From: a virus
Lineage: Duplodnaviria; Caudoviricetes
DNA: 64,000 nucleotides
Virus record (IMG/VR): IMGVR_UViG_3300020409_000014
Span: 10,503 to 74,502 of that record
Strand: one strand, 5' to 3'
The notes under the pieces: generated by a model
What the model saw: the letters and a program-made list of their open reading frames with translations, nothing else
Database searches by the model: none
What the model was told of the DNA's origin: nothing
Position numbers and translations under genes: made by a program
Shown here: piece after piece, positions 31,586 to 40,052 of the stretch
Numbering within the stretch: the first letter of the stretch is position 1
Layout: every line of letters starts with the position of its first letter

Positions 31586-31995
31586 TACGTCCTCTCTAGT
31601 ATAAAGTCGATCTCTTTAAGGATTCTTTCTCCTACGATTGTATATTCAACTCTAACTTCCAATGAGTTAGTGTCAAAACCGTCTTGCACATTGACAGATG
31701 TCACTCTGATACGTTTTTCGTATCTGTCTAGAGTGCTTTGTATTTCATCTTTGATTGCCTCACCTGTAAAAACATCATAAGGCTCAAATAGTAGTCCAGT
31801 TACTCTAGATCCGACATCATACTGAAAGGGTTTCTCACCAATATCGGTTTTAATCAGATTTAGGACTGCCTGCTTGATTGCATTCTCATTTTTGACAGCA
31901 CCAAAGTCGCGGCTATTAGGATTTGCTTTGAAAGACATTGCAAAATCTCTAAAACCACGACTTATGTTTTTATCTGATCGAATTCTGTATGACAC
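31585..31995 (-). CDS. gp25: Baseplate wedge subunit gp25 (GPW/gp25 family)
   Basis: 136 aa; NENAIKQAVLNLIKTDIGEKPF..DVGS, LDRYEKRI; upstream of gp6. Confidence 0.92.
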   Translation of the reverse strand: MSYRIRSDKNISRGFRDFAMSFKANPNSRDFGAVKNENAIKQAVLNLIKTDIGEKPFQYDVGSRVTGLLFEPYDVFTGEAIKDEIQSTLDRYEKRIRVTSVNVQDGFDTNSLEVRVEYTIVGERILKEIDFILERT

Positions 31996-32039
31996 TATGC
32001 ATTAATAATGAATTTTGCCATAATATAGGTTACGTTTAT

Positions 32040-32046
32040 TATTTAG
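32040..32046 (-). promoter_or_regulatory. Late-promoter-like element (CTAAATA)
   Basis: TAAATA core 45 bp upstream of gp25, overlapping the stop of the small basic ORF. Confidence 0.55.
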
Positions 32047-32183
32047 CCTTGTCCACGATACTTTTTACGAGGCTTATTTCTTGAGGTAGCAGACAATTTA
32101 CTATTTTGACTTTTACCTTGTCTAGTTTTCTTTGGTCTTGTATCTACTCCGCCAGATACAAAAGCGTTTGATCGTGTTGCCAT
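32043..32183 (-). CDS. Small basic protein (46 aa)
   Basis: Manual translation MATRSNAFVSGGVDTRPKKTRQGKSQNSKLSATSRNKPRKKYRGQG; fills the PAAR-gp25 gap; resembles a small protein commonly found here in cyanomyoviruses. Confidence 0.8.
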   Translation of the reverse strand: MATRSNAFVSGGVDTRPKKTRQGKSQNSKLSATSRNKPRKKYRGQG

Positions 32184-32201
32184 AATAATTTAATAAGTTT
32201 A

Positions 32202-32732
32202 CTAACCTGCCCATACATTCATCGAGCCATATGCTACGACTGATGAGCAAGGATACGAGAAGCCAGGAAATCCGACTCCTAGTGGGTCTAACTGTCTAGC
32301 AATCAATCGCTTGAGTGCAAACACAGTTAAGGTTGTAGGATATAGAGTCCTATCATGTCCAACACCTCTATCCTCTGTCGTTAATACCGAGCAAGGGTAG
32401 GGCGTTGGTTTCGGACATAGTGATTTACCACATGGGCACATATGGATCACTATATTCGTACATGCAGATGGGTGTACAATGAATTTATCACCCGCCAACA
32501 TGATGGGGAAACCATTGACTAATACTGTAGCACGATTTGGTGCTAAAGGTGTCAAAGGTATTAGACTAAGAGGTGGCCACCAACAAGTATATTCCTTAAT
32601 ACGAATAGTCCTTGTCCTCGGGATAGCTCCGCAAGACTCCGTGCTGTGGATTGTGGGAGGTAAGCACAACCCATGTCCAGAATCAGGTAGACCATTGATA
32701 GCAGCAACTGGTTTTAGAAATCCAAATCCCAT
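32202..32732 (-). CDS. PAAR-like baseplate spike tip (T4 gp5.4-like)
   Basis: 176 aa; DSGHG, TVLVNGFPIMLAGD, GHDR..., TVFALKRLIARQLDPL, CSSVVAYGS.NVWAG. Confidence 0.8.
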   Translation of the reverse strand: MGFGFLKPVAAINGLPDSGHGLCLPPTIHSTESCGAIPRTRTIRIKEYTCWWPPLSLIPLTPLAPNRATVLVNGFPIMLAGDKFIVHPSACTNIVIHMCPCGKSLCPKPTPYPCSVLTTEDRGVGHDRTLYPTTLTVFALKRLIARQLDPLGVGFPGFSYPCSSVVAYGSMNVWAG

Positions 32733-35700
32733 TATCCCTGTCCCTCTAATTCTCTGCCATCCAGATATGGGTATTTATCTTGGCACTCGTCGAAGAATGG
32801 ATTACCTAAGTTTTTAATACTTCTTGCCAGTGCATTTGTGCCACCAGTCAGATAATTCATTATTTGCATCTTGCCTGTGTAGTCACCCATCTTGATCCTG
32901 TAACGCTCTGTTTCCATACGTTTAGGGTCAACGGCAATAGAGCAGTCTGCAACGTGTGCTAGTGCATTACAGGTGTTGCACAGACCACCTCCTGAGCCTG
33001 GCCAATTACTACTTATAGTATTGTTTCCATTTGCTCCTGTATTTGTTGCTGAAGGCGGGGTGATCTCGTAGTAGGTTTGTCCTGCAAGCGGATTTCCGTT
33101 GTCGTCCCATCCGCAGTAGACATCAAGGACTCCATTCGTGTTACTTCCCTTACGCACATATCTATCCCAACAATCGTGAGGAATATTGGTAGGGTCACTT
33201 GGACAACTCCCGCCATTGACTGAAAACTCAGTATAGCTTTGAGATCCTGGTGTGGGGACTCCATCGATTAGTGTACTCCAATTAGAAGTGGTGTCCGTAG
33301 GACTGCCATCTAGGTTGTTTCCTAACCACAAACTAAATTGTTGTGCTCTAGAATAGTTACTACGGTTATAATCATATGTATTTTCGTCAAGTCCGATTGG
33401 GACGTATTCTATACTATTGTTACTACCACGATAACAGCGACCTGGCACGTTACCTCGGGTGCAACTCCATGTTTTATACCCACCTGCAACATTTCTTTTA
33501 GGTGAAAGTTTGGGTTTTGGCAAAGTATTCAAGAATTTCATGAATGCTTGACCTTGATTACCTATTGTCTTTCCGTCAAATGAGAGTGAAACGGTAAATT
33601 CTGCTTTTTCATCATGCGGAGCACAGTATTTCCAAGGTAAATACCCAAATGCTTTCCGCGATGCCCTAAATTCGTCTTGCACTTCGCCGTAAAAGTTGGA
33701 TCTTGGGTTTTCTTCCGCTTCCATATACGCACAAGGCATCTGAAACCACTTTTTGATGTTGTGAATCACTGGTTGATCGACAATCATGCACCTATTTCCG
33801 TTAAAACTTCCGTAGAGACCACTAAATGACTCGCTGTCCGCACCAGATTGCTGCAATCCACCTAAAATATCGGAATATACACCGCTAGAAAACTTCTCTG
33901 CAGCGGGAGATGAGGTTTCATTAGGTCCTAACATCATTTGTGGAGGCTCTTGTGCACTCAAATTCTCAAAAGTCTCTACAGGAGGCATTGCTTCGACCAA
34001 AGGAAGACCCATATCTATCTGTATACAGTCCGCAGGGAGGTTTTGACACAATACTGTCTTACCTTCTGGGTCAACTTCTGCGTATTCCATGTATGTAATC
34101 GGAATATTGCTAGTGTAACCCTTATTTACCTCTGCCATTTCGTCTGTAACTACGTCACTACTGAGCGGATTGCCCTCAGTCTCGAAATCAAACATCTCTT
34201 CGATGTCAATTTTAGAGGAATCTAGTGTAGGCTCGTCTAATTTTGTCTCTACATCTATAGAAAGACCTGATTCTGCGATGTAAACCTGTGGAGGGAAGTG
34301 TGGATCGTATCCAGATCCACCATCTATCACGTCAATACGCTTAATAATACCTGATTTAGTGATTCTTCCGACTCTAATCTCTGCATTACGGAATTGTTGC
34401 ACCGTATCAAACTCTCTTTCCTTCCTATTTTGCAACACTTGGAGCTGCCTACGCTCAAATTTGTCTAAAGATATCTTCTGCTCACCTATTTCACCAGTAG
34501 AATTATACTCTGGGAAGGACTTTACAGGTGATCCGTAGTCTCTAAGGAAGGCACCACGCATCTGACGTGCTGTATCTGTGCTACTAAACTCCTCTAACTG
34601 ACCAGGCTCCGCTACAGTTACGGTAGGATTGCGATATCCGACCCCACCATTGATAACTTTGATCTCAACTATCTTACCTTCAGTGTCTACAATCGCTTCT
34701 GCCTCTGCTAAATCGAGTGTGCGTGTCGGTATAAGTGCCTTTGGATCTAATTTTACCTTGTAGTATGAGATATTTTTCTCAAATTCATACACTCCAAAGA
34801 AGGCTGCCTTGTCTTCTATGCCATATCCTGCTAAAACTTGTATAGTTGCGACAGGAGGTGGGTCTTCACCTTCGTCTACAGGGTAAGGTCTGCTCGAAAA
34901 CTGCTCTTGATAGGTAAATTTCTTGCCTCTCTTGCGTCCATCCGCTGTTAATTCCATATATCCCGCATTCATTTTGCCACCGAAGTAGAAAATGCCCGCA
35001 ATATTCCATCCGTTTATCTGCTCACCCTTCTTAAATGTGCCAGTTGTCGTCAAATATTTGAAAAATATCCTTGTAGTGTCTGTATCCGCAGTCCTAAATG
35101 ACTCTTCTACGCCAGATCCCGCAGGTCCTGAGACATCTATGCGTGTCCTAGTCGTTTTCCACGAGTCTTCACGGATCTGATAGAAGTGAGAATACCATTC
35201 TTCGTTAACAACACAAGTATTATTGTTGTTTTGACGGTGATTTGGGCAACAACCTGCATCTGAGAGTAGATATTGTATTCCAAATATAGGACCATTCCAC
35301 GGATATGACGTGTCATACAGATAATACATGTATTGTGAGTCATACGCAGTCTGGAATCCTAGGAATCTAGGCACTGCTCCTTTGACTGCACCGTTTAATC
35401 CATACAACCACTCGAAGTTTGCGTCTCCATCTGCCTGCACACCACCTACAATACCTGCATTTCCCGACTCACCAAACCCTGCAACACCTGGTGTGCCTAT
35501 AGGTTGACCAAATGCATTCGTCCCAAAGGAGTTTTTCCTATAAGACTTGTAACTAAACGGACTACTACTGTTAGTATCCCATGTATACCAACCCGATTTG
35601 TCAATACACTGACCAGTAGGACCTATTTTACCTACATCTTTAAACTCATTGTCCGATGCATCAGGGTTTTCTCCTTGAAAAACATACCCAAAGATACCCT

Positions 35701-36403
35701 GATATACATATTGACCTGCTCTCGCCTCTGCAGGGGCGATAGGACCGCCACTCAGGTTAACTTCTGCTGCAGGATTGATAGTATAGAAGTCATCTTCTGG
35801 GTCATAGAAGTAATGATAGAGGGGCACAGCGGTCTCTCCTGTCCCTGCATAGGCATTTGCATCACTTTCTGACGTAAAAATATATCCTAGAGTCCCTACA
35901 AGGTAGTATGGTTTACCATTATTACTACTAGGAGGTGTATTTGATAGTGATAGTTTTGTATTATCGTCTCTTTCTCCTCGATACCAGATATAAACAGGCA
36001 CAGAATTTGCAACTTGAGTATTCATCAAGTAAAAAACAGGGATCTGTCCCTGTCTAGGCTCTGGATTATACCCTCTTAATACTTTTTGCCACGACTCATT
36101 ATCCCCAATAGCATGCTCTTTCGTCAACTCTGGGGTTTTTGCGTATTTGTGATCGTCTTTACTACCTCTATAGAAGCGATAAACAGGTTGTCTACCGTCA
36201 TCACAGTTTGCAATGCAGGTTTTCTGCTCTTCTCCTATGTAATGCACTATATCTTTGCCTAGTGGCATAGTGCCAGGACCTTCTCCTTGAAACTCGATCT
36301 CATAAGATTCGTTGTTTGCTTCGTCGAAGAAGGGTTTTACATAGTCTTCACCGTCTATGGGGTTGGGAAACGATCGTTTAGTAGATAGGATGTAGCAAGC
36401 CAA
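32732..36403 (-). CDS. Large hypothetical virion-associated protein (DUF5648-like repeats at N-terminus)
   Basis: 1223 aa; PVYRFY / PLYHYFY..EDDFYT repeats, two GG.GY..P.V modules, Cys-rich C-terminal half; stop adjoins the PAAR start. Confidence 0.65.
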   Translation of the reverse strand: MACYILSTKRSFPNPIDGEDYVKPFFDEANNESYEIEFQGEGPGTMPLGKDIVHYIGEEQKTCIANCDDGRQPVYRFYRGSKDDHKYAKTPELTKEHAIGDNESWQKVLRGYNPEPRQGQIPVFYLMNTQVANSVPVYIWYRGERDDNTKLSLSNTPPSSNNGKPYYLVGTLGYIFTSESDANAYAGTGETAVPLYHYFYDPEDDFYTINPAAEVNLSGGPIAPAEARAGQYVYQGIFGYVFQGENPDASDNEFKDVGKIGPTGQCIDKSGWYTWDTNSSSPFSYKSYRKNSFGTNAFGQPIGTPGVAGFGESGNAGIVGGVQADGDANFEWLYGLNGAVKGAVPRFLGFQTAYDSQYMYYLYDTSYPWNGPIFGIQYLLSDAGCCPNHRQNNNNTCVVNEEWYSHFYQIREDSWKTTRTRIDVSGPAGSGVEESFRTADTDTTRIFFKYLTTTGTFKKGEQINGWNIAGIFYFGGKMNAGYMELTADGRKRGKKFTYQEQFSSRPYPVDEGEDPPPVATIQVLAGYGIEDKAAFFGVYEFEKNISYYKVKLDPKALIPTRTLDLAEAEAIVDTEGKIVEIKVINGGVGYRNPTVTVAEPGQLEEFSSTDTARQMRGAFLRDYGSPVKSFPEYNSTGEIGEQKISLDKFERRQLQVLQNRKEREFDTVQQFRNAEIRVGRITKSGIIKRIDVIDGGSGYDPHFPPQVYIAESGLSIDVETKLDEPTLDSSKIDIEEMFDFETEGNPLSSDVVTDEMAEVNKGYTSNIPITYMEYAEVDPEGKTVLCQNLPADCIQIDMGLPLVEAMPPVETFENLSAQEPPQMMLGPNETSSPAAEKFSSGVYSDILGGLQQSGADSESFSGLYGSFNGNRCMIVDQPVIHNIKKWFQMPCAYMEAEENPRSNFYGEVQDEFRASRKAFGYLPWKYCAPHDEKAEFTVSLSFDGKTIGNQGQAFMKFLNTLPKPKLSPKRNVAGGYKTWSCTRGNVPGRCYRGSNNSIEYVPIGLDENTYDYNRSNYSRAQQFSLWLGNNLDGSPTDTTSNWSTLIDGVPTPGSQSYTEFSVNGGSCPSDPTNIPHDCWDRYVRKGSNTNGVLDVYCGWDDNGNPLAGQTYYEITPPSATNTGANGNNTISSNWPGSGGGLCNTCNALAHVADCSIAVDPKRMETERYRIKMGDYTGKMQIMNYLTGGTNALARSIKNLGNPFFDECQDKYPYLDGRELEGQG
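32772..32779 (-). promoter_or_regulatory. T4-type late promoter (GATAAATA)
   Basis: NATAAATA 40 bp upstream of the PAAR start. Confidence 0.6.
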
Positions 36404-36404
36404 A

Positions 36405-36707
36405 TCAACCTAGACGCTCTTCCAACTTATTTAGTCGTGAATACAGATCGTCCAATACCTCTTTGATATTCAGATGCTTCTCATACCCTTCTGGTTTATA
36501 CTGAATCATATCAGGACCAGGTTTAGGATACTTACGGATGGCATCCTCACAGATAGCAGTCCTTTTCGCAAGATTCTCGATTCCTTCGCCGACCTTTTCT
36601 AGGCAGAAAGCGATTTTTTCGATATCGTCCATTCCTGCCGTTGGCAGAGGTTGAGTCGGATTTGAAGGATCCCCATAACTAATAGGACTTGATGATTTAA
36701 CTGGCAT
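36405..36707 (-). CDS. Hypothetical coiled-coil protein
   Basis: 100 aa ORF tightly packed with neighbours; heptad-like C-terminus. Confidence 0.7.
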   Translation of the reverse strand: MPVKSSSPISYGDPSNPTQPLPTAGMDDIEKIAFCLEKVGEGIENLAKRTAICEDAIRKYPKPGPDMIQYKPEGYEKHLNIKEVLDDLYSRLNKLEERLG

Positions 36708-36727
36708 GTTTCACGATCGCGATTTTT

Positions 36728-36892
36728 TTATTCGTCAACGGCTTTCAATATAATGGAGCCGTCTGTTTCCTCAGTATACTCTAGTTTGGTGCCTGCTTTC
36801 CATCCCATCTCTTCCCATAATTCAACTGGCAGTGTGATGAATAAATCGCCATAGTCATCGTCTTCTATTGTTAGAGTATATCTATTACTCAT
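36728..36892 (-). CDS. AbrB/MazE/SpoVT-like small protein (54 aa)
   Basis: Manual translation MSNRYTLTIEDDDYGDLFITLPVELWEEMGWKAGTKLEYTEETDGSIILKAVDE; matches swapped-hairpin pattern I.LP....e.lgw..G..l.......g.i.l. Confidence 0.7.
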   Translation of the reverse strand: MSNRYTLTIEDDDYGDLFITLPVELWEEMGWKAGTKLEYTEETDGSIILKAVDE

Positions 36893-36917
36893 TAGTAGAT
36901 GTTATGCTTGATACATC

Positions 36918-37397
36918 TTATGTAGACTTACCACGAATTGCACCTACGCATGTCTCCATATAGAAACTATTACCAGGTGCTTTTAAGTCTGTAATCTGAG
37001 ACTGTCCCCTATAAGGATGATGTAGCATAAACCCATCACCCAGATAAACACCTCCATGGTTAGGTGCTTGCCCATGTCTCTTAGTATAACCCCCTTCTAG
37101 AGGCGTATACCATAGTCTAAAGAGTATTATATCATCTTTCTGCAAAGAGTCAAGTGATGCTTTCTCCCACATCTCACTCTTCATTACATATTCTCCTTCT
37201 TCCGTGTTAATAGCATCATCAGTAAAAGCATATATCTGATCTAACTTGGTAAAGTCTCTTAGATCACGATTGCAATACAACCGATAGTATTTTCTTACAC
37301 AATGGTAGCAACTCCATGAATGAATACTTCGCCACTCCTCTCCGAGTAAGTGTGAGTATTCCTTCTCAATCTCTTGTTGTTTCAGTCGTCTACCCAT
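36918..37397 (-). CDS. NlpC/P60-family cysteine hydrolase
   Basis: 159 aa; SCYHCVRKYY catalytic-Cys region, DDIILF, NHGGVYLGDGFMLHH His motif. Confidence 0.8.
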   Translation of the reverse strand: MGRRLKQQEIEKEYSHLLGEEWRSIHSWSCYHCVRKYYRLYCNRDLRDFTKLDQIYAFTDDAINTEEGEYVMKSEMWEKASLDSLQKDDIILFRLWYTPLEGGYTKRHGQAPNHGGVYLGDGFMLHHPYRGQSQITDLKAPGNSFYMETCVGAIRGKST

Positions 37398-37522
37398 GCG
37401 ACCTCTCAGGGGGATTTTTATATTGGAAAAATTTTTTCATATCGATAAAACAAATCACTCGCTTTGGGATACTTTTGTAGGTTAGGGAAGTAGGCATTTT
37501 TATATATCGGATTATTAGATAT

Positions 37523-37552
37523 AAAAAAAGATCAACATTTTACTGTTGATCT
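37523..37552 (-). terminator. Rho-independent terminator
   Basis: Perfect 9-bp stem AGATCAACA/TGTTGATCT, 6-nt loop, T7 tract on minus strand, just after the stop at 37568. Confidence 0.85.
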
Positions 37553-37567
37553 GTTTCTGTGTGAGTC

Positions 37568-37804
37568 TTATACAAGATTGTTGAGATAATCCTGTGTGAC
37601 CTCTTCGCATTGGGGTAGGTCTGTGTATCCACCTCTGAGCCATTTGTTTATGTGCCTGGATGTGGTGGTGCTCCAGTACTGCTCTGTCCTTACATACCCT
37701 CTACCAAATACATAAGCCGCTACTGGTGTGCGATAACTGAAAAATACTCTTGCGTTGTCTGTCTCGATTTCAGTTTGGTTTGCTGCTATTGGTGTTAGTT
37801 GCAT
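37568..37804 (-). CDS. Conserved small early phage protein
   Basis: 78 aa; FSYRTPVAA...WSTTTSRHINKWL motif typical of a widespread phage family; preceded by early promoter. Confidence 0.8.
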   Translation of the reverse strand: MQLTPIAANQTEIETDNARVFFSYRTPVAAYVFGRGYVRTEQYWSTTTSRHINKWLRGGYTDLPQCEEVTQDYLNNLV

Positions 37805-37827
37805 GTGTGCCCCTGTTTGTTTATATT

Positions 37828-37889
37828 ATTATAATAACCTATATTCCTGGTGCTGTGTATATGTGTGTGCCACTTATTCAACTGGTACA
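37828..37889 (-). promoter_or_regulatory. Early promoter copy 1 (palindrome + TATAAT)
   Basis: TATAAT 37828-37833; TGTGCCAC-N8-CTGGTACA 37866-37889. Confidence 0.75.
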
Positions 37890-38062
37890 TCATAACACAT
37901 CCCTTCCAGGATCATATACTCACATAGTGGTGTATACTGTGTTAGACTCTCATTTAACCCATAATCTATTAATTGCTGACACATGTCTATTAGCTCATCA
38001 GGTGGTAATCCTCCACTCTCATATATGTCTAATAATACCGTGAGTTTGTGCGGTATAGTCAT
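37874..38062 (-). CDS. Hypothetical protein (62 aa)
   Basis: YESGGLPPDELIDMCQQLIDYG acidic helical; overlapping start/stop with upstream ORF. Confidence 0.7.
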   Translation of the reverse strand: MTIPHKLTVLLDIYESGGLPPDELIDMCQQLIDYGLNESLTQYTPLCEYMILEGMCYDVPVE

Positions 38063-38229
38063 ATTTGTCTGCTGTGTCTGTTTGCATCATCTAGTGCTTG
38101 AGACTGTGATCTAAATGGGCCGTACTTAGTACACCCCAAATAATCATACTGCCAGAAGTATTTCCTGGACTTTTCCCATATTTTGATATTAACAGGTGGA
38201 CTAGTAGGAAGTTGAAAAACCTTACTCAT
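38059..38229 (-). CDS. Hypothetical protein (56 aa)
   Basis: Manual translation MSKVFQLPTSPPVNIKIWEKSRKYFWQYDYLGCTKYGPFRSQSQALDDANRHSRQI; ATGA overlaps at both ends. Confidence 0.75.
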   Translation of the reverse strand: MSKVFQLPTSPPVNIKIWEKSRKYFWQYDYLGCTKYGPFRSQSQALDDANRHSRQI

Positions 38230-38372
38230 ATAGACCCCTCCGCGTCCCCTTCCGTGGGCTGTGGAAAACTCCCTGAGAAAACCTTTTCATTCCTTCTAGG
38301 TTTTTCTAGTTGCTTCGCTCTCTTCATTAGGTCATTATACTCTGTAAATGGCGAAGTAGCATCAAAAGGCAT
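38226..38372 (-). CDS. Hypothetical protein (48 aa)
   Basis: Manual translation MPFDATSPFTEYNDLMKRAKQLEKPRRNEKVFSGSFPQPTEGDAEGSI; downstream of sigma70 promoter; ATGA overlap with next gene. Confidence 0.55.
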   Translation of the reverse strand: MPFDATSPFTEYNDLMKRAKQLEKPRRNEKVFSGSFPQPTEGDAEGSI

Positions 38373-38410
38373 AAGTGGGCAAAAAGAGTCAAAAACTTAA
38401 CTTCCTAATT

Positions 38411-38439
38411 ATTGTAGGCGATCTCGGGCAAAAAGTCAA
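38411..38439 (-). promoter_or_regulatory. Host-type sigma70 promoter
   Basis: TTGACT-17bp-TACAAT. Confidence 0.75.
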
Positions 38440-38476
38440 CCCCCATGTGCAGGTTGTGGTAGTGTCCTCGTATTAC

Positions 38477-38505
38477 TTGACAAAAAAACTTCGCTGTGTT
38501 ACGCT
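38477..38505 (+). promoter_or_regulatory. Host-type sigma70 promoter, antisense orientation
   Basis: TTGACA-17bp-TACGCT; no credible + strand ORF follows. Confidence 0.55.
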
Positions 38506-38593
38506 CTTAGACAACTGAAAGATACAAGACGTAAGTATATTTATTTTCATATTTTTATTGTTTCTCACATTGTCTCTTTTGCCTGTGGAAAAC

Positions 38594-39226
38594 TCACTTA
38601 TCTGGTATAAAATTAACTGTCATGCTTACACGATCGTCATAGGGGTTACCCTCGTATCCGTGTGTCATACTGGACGGATAAATGATAAGATCGCCTTCCT
38701 TCATTGGGACGGTTGCTTCAGTCATATTAAATGCTGTATAATCCTTATTAGGGAATTGCATAACAGGATAATAACTCCCTGCTACATTCCTTCTAAACTT
38801 TAAAGGCGAATGTCCCTCTTGGTAGTTTATGAGTAGGGTTGCTGAGTAGATACAATTAGAATGCTCATGTGGTGCATACAATGCTCCCTTAGATGCTAAT
38901 TCAAGATAAGCGTCAGATATGGCAAAATCGAGGTCATAGTTATATGCTCCCTCGTTGTAGTCTCTGCAACTCTTTAGCAAAAAATCGGCGACGCTCGCAT
39001 TGTCTTCGAGAATTGTGTTTCTTTTTCCAATTTGTGATACATTGTGAGTTATTGCTAATCGATCATGCTCTGGTCGGATATCTTGAGTTTCTATCCATTT
39101 AAAGATTTCTTTTTTAACTGTAGCAAAATTGGGGCAACTATAGACGCCTACTGGTAGGGCAAAAAGTGCATAAATTTCTGACTTGCCTGCCTTGGGTAGT
39201 GAGTCGCTTAAGGGATTAGAGTCCAT
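38594..39226 (-). CDS. Putative 2OG-Fe(II) oxygenase (TIGR02466-like)
   Basis: HEHSNCIYS, EGDLIIYPSSMTHG, RVSMTVNF. Confidence 0.8.
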   Translation of the reverse strand: MDSNPLSDSLPKAGKSEIYALFALPVGVYSCPNFATVKKEIFKWIETQDIRPEHDRLAITHNVSQIGKRNTILEDNASVADFLLKSCRDYNEGAYNYDLDFAISDAYLELASKGALYAPHEHSNCIYSATLLINYQEGHSPLKFRRNVAGSYYPVMQFPNKDYTAFNMTEATVPMKEGDLIIYPSSMTHGYEGNPYDDRVSMTVNFIPDK

Positions 39227-39245
39227 AAAAAATTTGGCGTCCGCA

Positions 39246-39398
39246 TTAGTGCGGAATTGTGCGGATTACTAAATCAGGTGGTAGTATTATCTTAACTGGT
39301 TTAGTATTCTTATGTATGTTAGTTTTTTGTGCCTGCTGTCCTCTGATTGCTGTCAAAGTGTCGAGGTCTGTAAGAATTTCCTGGAAAATGTCATTCAT
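39246..39398 (-). CDS. Hypothetical protein (50 aa)
   Basis: Start trimmed to ATG 39398, just downstream of the consensus sigma70 promoter. Confidence 0.5.
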   Translation of the reverse strand: MNDIFQEILTDLDTLTAIRGQQAQKTNIHKNTKPVKIILPPDLVIRTIPH

Positions 39399-39402
39399 AG
39401 TA

Positions 39403-39540
39403 TTAATTATAACCTGCTTCCTGTATTTTGTCAAATACTGCTTGCTGTTTCTCAGTTAACTCAAAATCCATATCCCTTAGAATATCGTAGAGTTTGATTG
39501 CTTCATATTGCTCATCATATGATAGACTTAAATTAATCAT
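39403..39540 (-). CDS. Hypothetical protein (45 aa)
   Basis: MINLSLSYDEQYEAIKLY...; GAGG RBS upstream of 39540. Confidence 0.65.
   Translation of the reverse strand: MINLSLSYDEQYEAIKLYDILRDMDFELTEKQQAVFDKIQEAGYN
39406..39434 (-). promoter_or_regulatory. Consensus sigma70 promoter
   Basis: TTGACA (39429-39434)-17bp-TATAAT (39406-39411). Confidence 0.85.
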
Positions 39541-39544
39541 GATG

Positions 39545-39757
39545 TTAACCTCTAATTTCGTATTCAATGTATTCAACAGGATAACCAATAAAATTGCAAA
39601 TTTGCTCTTTTAGGTCGTTATCGTCCTTCGCTCTCCATCTACCTAGACATCTTTGGTGCATTACATACTCCTCTTGGGGTGTATATTGCAAATCTGGGTC
39701 TCCGTCTCCTACTTCGCTGAGATATAGGTCAAGATCGGTCACTTTGTATAAATGCAT
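39545..39757 (-). CDS. Hypothetical protein (70 aa)
   Basis: Packed in early array, acidic composition. Confidence 0.7.
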   Translation of the reverse strand: MHLYKVTDLDLYLSEVGDGDPDLQYTPQEEYVMHQRCLGRWRAKDDNDLKEQICNFIGYPVEYIEYEIRG

Positions 39758-39759
39758 AA

Positions 39760-39927
39760 TTAAAAGTCCTCGATTGTGAGATTGTTTACTGCATCAAATA
39801 CCTTATCCTCCATTGAGTCAAATGTATCTGTGTCATATAGGTCACTTCTGTATTTCATGCTTTTAGGATGACTTAACAGTTTTGTGAGTGATTGATGCTC
39901 TTCGATTGTGAGATTGATTTGTGGCAT
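39760..39927 (-). CDS. Hypothetical protein (55 aa)
   Basis: Start at 39927 via TAATG overlap with upstream stop. Confidence 0.65.
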   Translation of the reverse strand: MPQINLTIEEHQSLTKLLSHPKSMKYRSDLYDTDTFDSMEDKVFDAVNNLTIEDF

Positions 39928-40052
39928 TACTGAGCGATCTCCCAAAAACGTGAATTTGCGATTTCTTCCGCTTTCGCTTCGTCTCCATTGACTTCTACAA
40001 GTGCTTCCTCGTAGAGTGCTTCAATTAGATCGGTGTTTGCTTGGCAACTCAT
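39927..40052 (-). CDS. Hypothetical acidic protein (41 aa)
   Basis: Manual translation MSCQANTDLIEALYEEALVEVNGDEAKAEEIANSRFWEIAQ. Confidence 0.7.
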   Translation of the reverse strand: MSCQANTDLIEALYEEALVEVNGDEAKAEEIANSRFWEIAQ

